From: Macrostomum lignano | Lineage: Eukaryota | Reading direction: 5' to 3' | DNA length: 45,391 nt | Assembly: GCA_002269645.1 (NCBI GenBank) | Contig: NIVC01002261.1 | Coordinates: 1 to 45,391, forward strand | Part shown: positions 1 to 12,000 of the stretch, piece by piece | How the letters are laid out: each line of letters begins with the position of its first letter | Position numbering within the stretch: position 1 is the first letter of the stretch | The notes under the pieces: model-generated | Seen by the model: only the letters and a program-made list of their open reading frames with translations | Databases searched by the model: none | Told to the model about the DNA's origin: nothing | Translations under genes and position numbers: made by a program

Positions 1-3000
1 CACGAAGATCTAGCAGGCGAATCCGAAGCCTCAGAAGAAGCATCAACAAACTGCGACGAGCTCACAGAGCAGGACTGTCGCCGAGAGACGACGACATGCA
101 GCCTCCATCCGAAAGAGCCGAACACCAGCTCGCTACCGCCGTAAGCAATACTACTGAAACTGCTTTTTTGGCAACATGTAACAACGCTAGCGAATATAAA
201 TGCATTTCGTGTTCAGTATTTCGTTTTGGTTGTTTATATCACGCTTTCACTTTGCATACTTCCCGCTTCAGGAGTGCGAGTGAAGCACGCTTGCGAGGGC
301 AAATCTCTGACCATCAGATGTCCATCCAGATACGTCATCCGGGTGCTGCGCGGATTCTATGGCAGAACATCTAACAAATACTGCGCTCGAGGACCCCGCA
401 AGACATACAAGTGCAGCAGCGGCCGAGCCAACAAAGTCATCGCTTCCAAGTGCAACAACCGGCGAGCATGCAGGGTGCGAAGCAACAACGCCGTCTTCGG
501 AGATCCTTGCCGCGGAACATACAAGTACATGACCGTGAGGTACAGATGCCAGCTGGCTTCATCGGTTGTGTCTAGCTACGCGAAGCGCAGAGCTCGACTT
601 GCACGACTGCACAAGAGACGATTGAACGCTCTTCGATCGAGGCACAGGCGCAGAGTCGCTCGACTGATCCGACTGCTGAGACGAGCTAGACGAGGATCGA
701 AGAGATGCGTCCGAAGGAGACGACCTTCCAGAGGTTAGTCGGCTATTCGGTCGACCGTTTATTTAAAGCAAAACAAATGCAGAAATTATTGATGCCCCAC
801 CTAGTAAATTGCTTCCTCAAATATCTAGTGAGACTTTGAGCTACGGATTTTAGAGTTGAAGCACTTTCACCGAAGTTCATACGTTGCTCCTCACCGAATC
901 ACAACATACTCAGGCAAGAAATGCGGCCGACGAACCTGCCGAAGGAACCAGAGTGCGTGACACGAAGATCTAGCAGGCGAATCCGAAGCCTCAGAAGAAG
1001 CATCAACAAACTGCGACGAGCTCACAGAGCAGGACTGTCGCCGAGAGACGACGACATGCAGCCTCCATCCGAAAGAGCCGAACACCAGCTCGCTACCGCC
1101 GTAAGCAATACTACTGAAACTGCTTTTTGGCAACATGTAACAACGCTAGCGAATATAAATGCATTTCGTGTTCAGTATTTCGTTTTGGTTGTTTAATCAC
1201 GCTTTCACTTTGCATACTTCTCCGCTTCAGGAGTGCGAGTGAAGCACGCTTGCGAGGGCAAATCTCTGACCATCAGATGTCCATCCAGATACGTCATCCG
1301 GGTGCTGCGCGGATTCTATGGCAGAACATCTAACAAATACTGCGCTCGAGGACCCCGCAAGACATACAAGTGCAGCAGCGGCCGAGCCAACAAAGTCATC
1401 GCTTCCAAGTGCAACAACCGCGAGCATGCAGGGTGCGAAGCAACAACGCCGTCTTCGGAGATCCTTGCCGCGGAACATACAAGTACATTACCGTGAGGTA
1501 CAGATGCCAGCTGGCTTCATCGGTTGTGTCTAGCTACGCGAAGCGCAGAGCTCGACTTGCACGACTGCACAAGAGACGATTGAACGCTCTTCGATCGAGG
1601 CACAGGCGCAGAGTCGCTCGACTGATCCGACTGCTGAGACGAGCTAGACGAGGATCGAAGAGATGCGTCCGAAGGAGACGACCTTCCAGAGGTTAGTCGG
1701 CTATAATTGTCTTGTTTTTATTAATTTTTGTAGATTTGTAAAAACCTTTTTCTAATTTCTTTTTTTGGTTTATATTGTTATTGAAAATACCTGCACCCTT
1801 TTTAGGTTTGTGTGCTAAAAAACGGTGCTCCAAAGGCAAGCGTTGCATTGTGAAACGAACTATCACAAAAGCGGGCCGTTTTCACTCAGAGAGCGTAGAA
1901 TGACAAAGGATATCGCAAGCAGATTCGAGCTCTGAAACTAAGGTTTGTAGAAGTCGGCGATCTGCAAAGTTGTCTTACGGACGGGCATCAGCTGCTTTTA
2001 AGAAGGCTATTCGGAAAGCATCTAAGGCGAAGAAAGCTGCCTCTGTTAAGAGCTTGAGAAGATCCTGGAGACTTCGCAGAAGATCTTACGTTTTGAAGCT
2101 TCGTAAAGAAAGAAGAAAGTTCTTGAAGGCTAGAAGAAGTCTCAGCCTGCGTTTTAGGCGTAGCCTATCAAGCCATTCTCGAAAGAATCGAAGAACTAAG
2201 ACTGCTGTACGAGCTGCTGTTTGTGTAGTGAATCAATGTTCAAAAGTCAAGTGCAAGTCGGGATTCTCTTGCAGGCATGTGAGGCGGTTTACAAAGAAGT
2301 TTAGCGCATTCCTTCGTCAGAAACGAGCTTTGACAAAGTCTTACTTTGCCAGTCACAAGAAGATCACGTTGGCTTACCGAAGAAGAAGTCGCCAAGCTGC
2401 AAGAAACTTCCGCAAGTATGCCGCAACTTATCGCTCGAGCTTCAAGAGCAAAATCTGGCAGTGCGAAGAAACGTCTCAGAGTTGCGTTCCGTCGTCGAGT
2501 AAGAAGCTTCAGAAGAAGTAGGCGCGCAGCTTTCAAGCAGTATCGTCGCTCAGTACGACTGGCTAGGCGCCGCTTGGCTCAAAGGCTTAGATCACTGCGT
2601 AAGAAGCAAGGCAAGGGAGTTTTCAAGAACCGCGTTAGGACTGTGGCTCGATGCATCAAAAAGGCGACGAGTGAGTGCTTTGTTTTTTTTAACTGCGACA
2701 GATATTTTAGTTACACTACTGCAATATACCTGCATTTCTTTTCGCCCACCTTTGCATATCTAGGATCCTGTCGAAAAGTTCGATGCTCAGCTGGAAAGCG
2801 CTGCGTGGTTAAAAAAGTTCCAACTTGGTGGTACAGGCTTTACCGCATCAGTGTGAAGAGGGCCTACAGACGGTTCCACACCCGGCTACGCCGCACTGTG
2901 CAAAAACTCCGACACCGACACAGAGTGCACCGTAATTTTTGGCACGGAGAAGCAGAAGAGCAGGAAAATCATTTTCTTTCTGGCTAAGACACGCTTTGAG

Positions 3001-6000
3001 ACGCATTCGCAGATCCCGGCGCTCTCGAGTCCGTCGTGTTCGCAGGTCAAGGCGTAACCTGAAAAGATTTGTTAGAAAATTGCGACGAGCTCGCTCTCGA
3101 CTGTGGGGAAGGTTCAGAAGAGCTGCCAAGGCGCTATGGAAGGCGATTCAAAAAGCTTTTTAGAAAATTCTCTCGACGAAAGGGACGGCGTGGACGTTCT
3201 TCTCGTAGACGACGCGTTCCAAAATCAGTTGTTCGCCGATTCAGAAGGAATCAGAAGAAGTACGCCAGACGCGTCTTCTCATTGAAAAGCTGGTTCGGAA
3301 GAAAAGCGAGAATTTTCAAGGCTCTGTATTACAAGTCTAAAAAGGCTACCAAAGCAGCAAAGAAATCGATCAGGAAAAAGATGCGCTCTTTGTATAGAAG
3401 AATTTCCAGGGTTTATCGAAGAAGACTGAAACGAGCTGTGGTTTCGTACTACAAGAAAAAGAGCATCCTTGCAACCTCTCTACAAAGAAGGCTTCGAATG
3501 TTGCGCAAGCGACTTGGCAGACGCAAGGGACGGCGATTTATTCGTCGGGCCATGTGTGTTGCCAAAAATCCTTGCAGAAGAAAGCGCTGTAGACGGGGAT
3601 ACAGGTGCAGAGTGCGCAGAGTCAAGTCAAAGAGGGGTCGAAAAATCTCTGTTGGACGCTGCGTCAGAAAGTCTAGTAAGTAATCGTTATGTTAATTCAA
3701 TAAATAGCAATATTTGCTATTCCTTCTGCCCATAAGCTCGTATTATTTCCGAATGAGGCAAACAGTGCATGATATTTTTTTAATTTCAGATCCATGCAGC
3801 AGAAAAAAGTGCGGAAAGAACCGTCGCTGTGTGGTGAGAAGGATCCCAACTCGAGCCTTCCGGCTGTACCGCTTCTATCTAAGAGTCAGTAGGAAACGTT
3901 TCCGTCTTCGAATGCATGGCATACGCAGGAGGCTTGGCCGTAGGCGTCGACGTCTGGCGGCCCGCGCTATCCGTCGAAACCGACGCTGAGACGATCAGCC
4001 GCTCGGCGATTCCGAGGCCGACGACGGGCAAGACGCTTCCGAAGTTTGAGACGGTCACTGAAGCGCACTCTTCGAAGGCATCGCCGTCGTTCGACCCGGT
4101 CGTACCGACGAATTCGCAATAAGCTAAGACGGCGTCTGAGACGCGCCACAAGGCGACAATACAGACGACTCATGCGAAACAAACGGCGCTACATTACCCG
4201 CGCCGTTTGTGCACCAAAGAGAGCAAGTGAGTCACATAATTTCATTTTTTCTCACATGCGGTTTTTGCACTTAGAGACGCGAGAGAGATATATTATTTTC
4301 CGATCAAATTCATTCAGATCCATGCAGTAAGAAGCGCTGCCCAAGTGGATCAGGTGCGTCGTGCGCAGAAGAGTTCCAAGGCTGTACAGGCGCTTCAGAA
4401 AAATCGTAAAGCGTCGCTATAGAAGATACGCTATTGCAAGGCGCCGGCTCTCCAAACTTAGTCGCAGAAGACGAGCGGCAACTGCTAGAAAGTTGAAGCG
4501 TTCCCTGAAAAGAAAATTGAGAAAGATCTGGAAAGCCTTTAAAAGACGCGGAGCCTTTAAACGAAGTGGGCGTTTGGTAGCTCGCTGTTATAAGCCAGGA
4601 AGTAAGTTGACAAAGGCCCGAGATATTCGCTTGCGGCTTGCGCATCGCTAACTTATGCTGTCTCTGAATTTTAGAGTTTTGCCCGAGCGGATACCGTCGC
4701 CGGGGACGAACTTGCGTCGGCTACTATCGGGTGTGCCGCGAACTTTCACTATGATTAGGAACAAGCGCGGAGGGCGGTGCATCAGTAAGCCAATTTTATT
4801 GTATAACGACTAGGAAAGCTTTCTCAAAGACTTTCCAGCGATTATCATAGATTATTAACTATTGCTCTCAAAAAAAATATTGCAGAGTTCAACAAGATTT
4901 GCAAGTCCGGCAAATTTTTGTTCAATAACCGCTGTTGGCGAAAATGCCCTCGTGGCACCAGACGCTCATCAAGACGGTCCTGCAAGCGTAAGTTAAAAAG
5001 GGGCGTTGTCTAGTTTTTTTGTGATTCTTTACTTATTGGTAAAGCAGAATATCAACTCAACCTGGCATTGCGTAATACGGTTTTAGTTGTCAAGTCATGT
5101 CCTGCATTCATGCTCAGTAGACGATGCGTCAAGAGATGTCCAAGAAGATTCGTCGCGGTGGGTCGTCGATGCAGGCGTAAGTTTAGAAGTCTGAAAACAA
5201 TCCTATGCTTTACTGCCTTTTGAACCGATTTCACAACTAGCCAAAATGTTTTTTACAGGATGCCCACGAAACTCTTTCCGACGAGGAAACAACTGCTACC
5301 GTGAGTAAATTCATTGTTAAAAACCAAATCTTGACTACTGACTCGTACAACAGAAATTTTTTGCTTACCGCGTTGCTTTCGGTTGGTGTATTACAGGCCG
5401 CAGAATTTACTGCCGCTCTGGATTTTCTTACCGAGGAAGATGCAGAAGTAGATGCCCGGCCCGCACTTATGCAAGAGGACGAAGATGCATCCGTAAGTAT
5501 TGCGCAAGAGAGCAAGCAGTCCAATGTCTGTGCAAAAACAAAAAAATCATTCAACCATCCAGTACAATAGTGGATTAATGCAATCAGCTACGACAAATTT
5601 TAGGAGCTCGCTGTCCACGCGGATCAAAGGCCAGACTCAGCATCCGAAGGGGCAAAATCGTTTGCATAAGTATGAACTATTTGATTTTTATATGCGGTTT
5701 AGAAGCGGGCTGCTTTTTAAATACGAACTCATTCTCATCTTCTGCATTTCCCTTTGCAGGAAAGCGCGGTTGCAAGCGTGGCCTGGTTTACTACTCTGGC
5801 TCTTGCCGATCGAAAGTGCCCCAGTGGAACCCGTCGACGACGCTGGTACTGCCTGAAGATCTGCAAGAAGGGCTTCATGAGAGTGGGATTCCGCAGACAG
5901 AGATGCATCCGGGCATACTGCTACAACAAGTTCCGCATTGGCCGGTCCTGTGTGAGAAAGTGCCCAGTCGGCTACATTGGAATTCGACGAAAGTGCCGAA

Positions 6001-9000
6001 GAGTTTCCATCTCGTGTCCCAAGGCCTACGTTAGGCTTGGCCGCGCGCTCTGCCTCAGAAATTGTCCAGCCGGTTTCACCAAGAGGGGCAAACAATGCGC
6101 GTACTCCGCCTGCCGCAAGGGAACATACAGGTACCGAGGCACCTGCATGAAGGGCTGTCCAGCTGGAACAAAGCGACGAGGATCGTACTGTTTCAGTAAG
6201 TTATTTGCCTGTTCAATGTAGCATGATTTAACCCTTTCAACGTCATAAAAGTTATTCCACACATCTAAAATTTTAGAGAGAAGCAAATGCCGTTTTGGTC
6301 GCTTCGCCTACGGAAAGCGATGCCTGGTGAGGTGCCCGCCTGGTCACTATCGAAGCTTTGCTAGACGATCGTGTGTCAGTGAGTATTTCTCTTTGATTCG
6401 GCTATGCTTCTCTTAGCTGTAACCGCTAATTCGATATACGCTATTCAATTGCTAAATCAAAACATTTCAAATCTCTTATATAAATCTATTATGTTCCAGG
6501 AATCAAGCGCTGCAAAAAAGGTCTGCTTAGATTCAGAAGACTCTGTCTCAAAACGTGCCCTCTTGGCTTCCGAAGAAAGAGACGAAGCTGCGTACGAAAA
6601 TACGTCTGCCGAAACGGAAAGATGTACAGAGGAGTCTGCATCGTTACCAAATGTCCTTCTGGAACTCACAACATTCGAGGATCGTGCGTTCGCACGCGTA
6701 AGTCTGATTAAAGGGTTGAATGAGGGATTAATTAATTGCAAAGCGCAATGACCAACTTACAAACATCTTTTTTTTCATTCCATCTTAGCTCGCCTCTGCC
6801 CGTCTGGTAGGCTGCTGCTAATCAAGCCGAGTGGTGCTAGATCTTGCGTTCGAGCCTGCCCAAGGACCTACACAGTTGTTAGGTCGCGGGGCTCTTGCAA
6901 GCCTACACGGTGTCCAAAGGGCATGTACCGTCTGGGAATAACATGCAGAAAGTCCTGTCCCAAAGGATTCCGTGCTCGAAGAGGTCGCTGTAGAGCTGTC
7001 AGAAAGAGCTGCAAAAGCGGCCTGTTCCGACTCCGCAGGCGTTGTGTGAAGCGATGCCCAAGAGGTTTTAAGGCCAGAGGAGGTCGCTGTAGACGAGTGC
7101 CTTTTAGATGCAAGAAAGGAACTTTCAGGTTCAGAAGGCGTTGCGTCAAGAAATGCCCGAAAAAATACACCGGTCGCGTCTACAAGCGGGCGAGAAGAGC
7201 GCCAGTCCGATACTGCAGGCCTATTAGAAGCTGCAAGAAGGGACAAGTGCTCGTTTACAGACGGTCACGGAGTCGCTACAGGTCAAGATGTGTCAGTGCA
7301 AGCAAGCCTTGCAAAACTGGTTACGTGCTGAGAAGACGTGTCGTACGATTTAATAGAGGCGGAAGGAGGGTGCGCAGAGTGCTAAGACTGTGCAAGAGAG
7401 CCAGGGAAAGCTGTGCCAAGGGATTGTTCTTGTTCCACGCCAAGTGCAGAAAGCAGTGCCCAAGAGGAATGAGGACATTGTTGGTTAGACGATCAAGAAA
7501 AGTTGTGCGCACATGCAAGCCAAGTAAGGCCGTGATTTCATCTGATTGAATAGAGAGAATTCTATATTTCCTAGAAAATAGTGTTTAAAAAGCTAATTTG
7601 CATACAAACTTTCAGAATGCGGTAGAAAGTTTGCTTTCCGAAGCAAATGCGTCAGAAGGTGCCCACGTGGATACACAGCCAGAAGATTCAGGTTTATCAA
7701 GTTCTGCAGGAAAGGTGCGAGTTTAATTTAATAAAGTGCCTGATTGAACAGTGTGCTAATGGAATATCTCCAGTTTCTCTTACAAGCATCGATTTAAACA
7801 TTTCAGATTGCCCAAGAGGAAGATTCGCGTTCAGAAATTCGTGCATCTCGCGGTGTCCAGCAGGCTACAGAAAGCGAAGATATCGAGTGTATTCCAGACG
7901 ATCAAGAAAGCTTGTTTCCATCACCAGCTGTGCCCGGAAAACTAGTAAGTTGGCTAGCCCTGATACTTAACCGAGATAACGTTTAATAACTGTCAATAAA
8001 TATTTCATTATTTTCTTTATTGTAGAATGCCCATCAGGATACCGAATAGTGTATCGTCTCAAGCGAAGTGCTAAGGGCAGGTCAATCCGACCAACTAAGG
8101 TCTGCAGACCAGGTATTTTTTAGCTTTTTGTCCTTCGGATAAGCAAGTAAAGGCGTAGCAAGCATAATAAAAATAACTATAACAACCTATATTTCTTCAG
8201 TGAGACAGAAGAGCTGCAGATATCCAACTGCTCTTGCCTTTGGTCGCTGCTTCCGCCGTTGCCCATCCGGTTACTACAGACGGTCCAGAACTGTTCGCGG
8301 GCGAAGACTTGGATTCTGCCTGCCAACAAAGCTGACAGTCCTTTGTCGCCGCCGTCGCTGTGGCAAGACAAAGATGTGCATCATCAGCCGAAGAACGAGA
8401 GTTTTCAGGGCCGGAAAGCGAGCAGTTCGTCGAACTGTACGAAAGCCCGTCTGTGTTCCACGATGTAAGAAAGAACATATTCTGTGCTTAAGATAGCATG
8501 ACTAGTATTTAAGTTTTCGAAATCGACTTCTGAATTTCCCATTTCCCTGCAGACTGCAAAGCCGGAACCTATCGCCACAGGCGCAGATGCGTTCGAAAGT
8601 GTCCACGCGGCTACATTAAACGCTCTTCGAAGCGTTTCAGAATGCACAAGGGCCGCAGAATGGCATACAAAGTGAGACTCTGCACGAGGAAACTGTGCAG
8701 GTATCCCATGGCCAGATATAGCACACGATGCGTTAAGCGTTGCCCAAGCAGATATGAAAAGAAAGTATATCGCCTCAGATTCCGCTACAGGCGATCGAAG
8801 TTCATCAGACGCTATGCTGTATGCCGACGCAATCTCTGCTCAAAGGTCTCCTGTTCAAGAAACCAGAAGGTGCATTGTAAAGACTCTTCCAGGGCGCAAA
8901 GATCGGCAAGTGGCTGTTTGTGCTAATAAAAACCCGTGTGCCCGGATGAGGTGCCGACGAGGATTTAAATGCCGAATTAGACGAGTATCTGGGCGCAAAC

Positions 9001-12000
9001 GAGCATCATGTGTTCCTTCTATGCCTTTCTGCAAGGCTGGATTAGTTGGCTTTGGCAAACGATGTCAGCGGCGTTGCCCTAAAAATTATAGGGTTTTGAG
9101 CAAGAAGATCGGAGGACGGCTGTACAGAATGTGCGCCAGAGACGCATGCTCACGAGGCCGATTTTTCTCAAGTGGACGATGCGTCCCGCGCTGTCCGAGT
9201 GGCTTTGCTGGAAAATCTATCAGATATTCTAGGTCATACATCTTCAAGTACTGCGCCCCGAAAGCTTGTAAGCGCAGACTGTTTAGACTTGGCGGACGCT
9301 GCGTGAAGCGCTGTCCTTCAGGATACAGGAGACGATACTTCAGGGCTAGACGAGGTGTTCGAAGATACTGTGCCTCATCTGCCTGCAGGAAAGGAACATA
9401 TAAGCTTGGAAAGCGTTGCGTCAAGAACTGCCCAAAGAATTACAACAAGAAAACAGTAAGAAAGGGGTCGAAATCTTATGCAGCTTGTGTGCCCAAGAAA
9501 TGCCCCGCCAAGTCTATGTTTATTAAGGGTCGCTGCAGAAAAGCATTGAAGGGCTGCTACGATAGGACATTCGCTTGCAAGGGTTGGGCTAGAAAGAAAC
9601 GGTGCTCAAAAAAGCTGGTTAAGTACTTGTGTCCAGCGTCCTGTGGCACCTGCAATCCTAAGAAGAGAAAGCTCTGCACCTGCATATCCATGGGCGATCC
9701 ACACTACCGTACATTTGATGGAAAATGGATCCACTTCATGGGAAAATGCAAGTATCTGTTGGCCAAGTCCAAACTACGAAAATCTTCTAGGTGCAACTTC
9801 TCTGTTGCAGCAAAGAATGAAGTTCGTGGAAAGAGACGAAGAGTCAGCTGGACAAAATTCGTTGACATAAACATTCATGGGTTGTCTATCCGCTTGCACC
9901 AGAAACGTCGTGTCTTCTTCAACGGCAAGAGAGTTCGAAGGCTACCTGTTTCGCTCTACAAGAGAGGCAAGAAGCTTCGAGTTTACCGTAGTGGAAATAA
10001 TGTTGTTGTTGAATCAAAGTACTGCGGCTTGTATCTTGAGTTCAATGGCAGATCAGTGGCCGAACTGCACCTTCCAAAATCCCGGTTCGCTGGAAAGGTT
10101 CAGGGCATCTGTGGAAATTGCAACGGAAATCCTAAGGATGATTTGAAAACCAGAAGTGGAAAGGATGTCTCCAAGCTGGGTTCAAAGGGATTCGTGCAGA
10201 TTGGACAATCCTATCTTGTCGCTGACCGCTCCACAAAGAGCTCGCGATGCAAAGTCAAACCTGCATCAACATCAAAATGCTCAAAATCAATGAAGCGAAA
10301 GATCAAATCTAGCAGATTCTGTGGCCTTATTTCAAACAAGAAGGGGCCATTCAGAGCTTGCTTGAAATCCGGAAAAGTTGATTATACCAAGATCTATAAG
10401 AGCTGCAAGTTTGACGTTTGTCAGTACCGAAAAGCTAAAAATCGCCGAAAGGCTGTGTGCGAGTCCCTGGAAACTCTTTACAACGCTTGCCTGGCCAAGG
10501 GATTCCGAGTGAGCTGGAGAAAACACCGGTTCTGTCCATTGAAGTGCGGTGCCAATTCTGTATTCAGAAGAAAAACAAGTGGCTGCCCAAGAACATGCGC
10601 CGATCTAGGTCGACGAAGAAAGTGCCGTCTGCCATCCCGAGAAGGCTGCGCCTGCAAAGAAGGCTACGTACTCAATGGAAAGAAGTGCGTCCCCGAAAGA
10701 ATCTGCGGCAAAGTAGTGCCACTTGATCTGGCCTTCGTTGTCGACGGAACAGATGACGTCAGTTCAGATGAGTTTGAAACACTGAAGAACTTGATCATCA
10801 AGCTTCTTACAAAGTACAGACTGTCTTCTAACTCTGTACGACCAGCAATTGCAGTGTTCGGCAGAACAAGCCCAACTGTAAGTCTGTTTAACCAGCGCCC
10901 CGGAAAAGCTGACTTCATGGCATTCGTCAGAAAAATGAAGAAACCAGGAGGATCAGCTGATAACTTGGATGCCGCTCTCCGGGTTGCCAACAAGGTGATG
11001 ATGAACCCAATGGGAGGCGCAAGACCAGCGGTTCCAAAGTATATTCTGTTATTGAAGAAGAGCAAAGTTCCAGCGTCATCGGAAAGTGTTGTCAAGAGCG
11101 AACTAGATTCGCTGAAAAAGGCTAACGTCCACGTGGTTGCTGTCACTCTCCCACCAACAAAACCAGGAAAGACCGACACGGCTATTGGTGGATTGTCAGT
11201 CATCCCAGCACGAGTGCCACCGTATCTTGCAATCCCGAAGATCACCAAGGAGCTGGAAAAGACAGCTGGCTGTACTTCCGGATATAAACGAAAAGGCAAA
11301 CGCTGTATAGATGTGAACGAGTGCGCAGCAAAGGTACCACCATGCCATTCTGACAGCACCTGCGTCAATTTGCCAGGCAGCTTCATCTGCCTCTGCCGCG
11401 AAGGCTTCCGACATGACAGATCCCGTGGATGTGTGTCTCTGAAGAAGGAGAAGTGCCCAAGCAAACCGAAATGCGACAATGGCTACCGCTTTGATAAGGC
11501 AAATGGCAAGTGTGTTGACATCAACGAGTGCAAAGAGAATCCGTGCTTGGGTGATAGTGCTACTTGCGTCAATACACCAGGCAGCTTCAAGTGCAAGTGC
11601 AAGACTGGTTTCGAGTACAACAAATACTTTGGTTGCGTTGACATCGACGAATGCAAAGGAAAAGATCCTTGCGCTGGTTCCGGAAAGTGCATCAATACAC
11701 TTGGCTCGTTCAAGTGTACCTGCGACGAGGGTTACACTTACAAAACCGGTCTCGGCTGCAAGGATATCGATGAGTGCGCAGCTGGATCGCATAATTGCAA
11801 GGGCGGTTCGAAGTGCATCAACACGGCTGGTTCTTACAACTGCAGCTGTGACTCCGGCTATCGCTACGAAAGCAACAAGTGCATTGACATTGACGAGTGC
11901 GCTGAGGACAGCAAACTCTGCGACGCATCTGCCACATGTGTAAACAAGAAGCCAGGCTATGAATGCCAGTGCAAACTTGGCAGCAACTGGGTGCACAAGG

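Larger units (their letters stand above)
1..1703 (+). repeat. Tandem duplication, unit about 958-960 bp (1-745 repeated at 961-1703)
   Basis: cacgaagatctagc at 1 and 961; gaggttagtcggcta at 731-745 and 1689-1703. Exons and the intervening intron match apart from about 5 small differences. Confidence 0.95.

Noticed and set aside
5301-6751. Acidic Glu/Asp-rich ORFs on + (5301-5570, 6404-6751)
   Set aside because: Shifted-frame shadows of AGA/CGA-rich Arg codons; they run through introns and lack the Cys pattern.
1-9540. Arg richness as an artefact of a variant code (AGR = Ser, as in flatworm mitochondria)
   Set aside because: CGN codons contribute heavily too. The gene has spliceosomal introns, and nearby conserved domains decode normally with the standard code.
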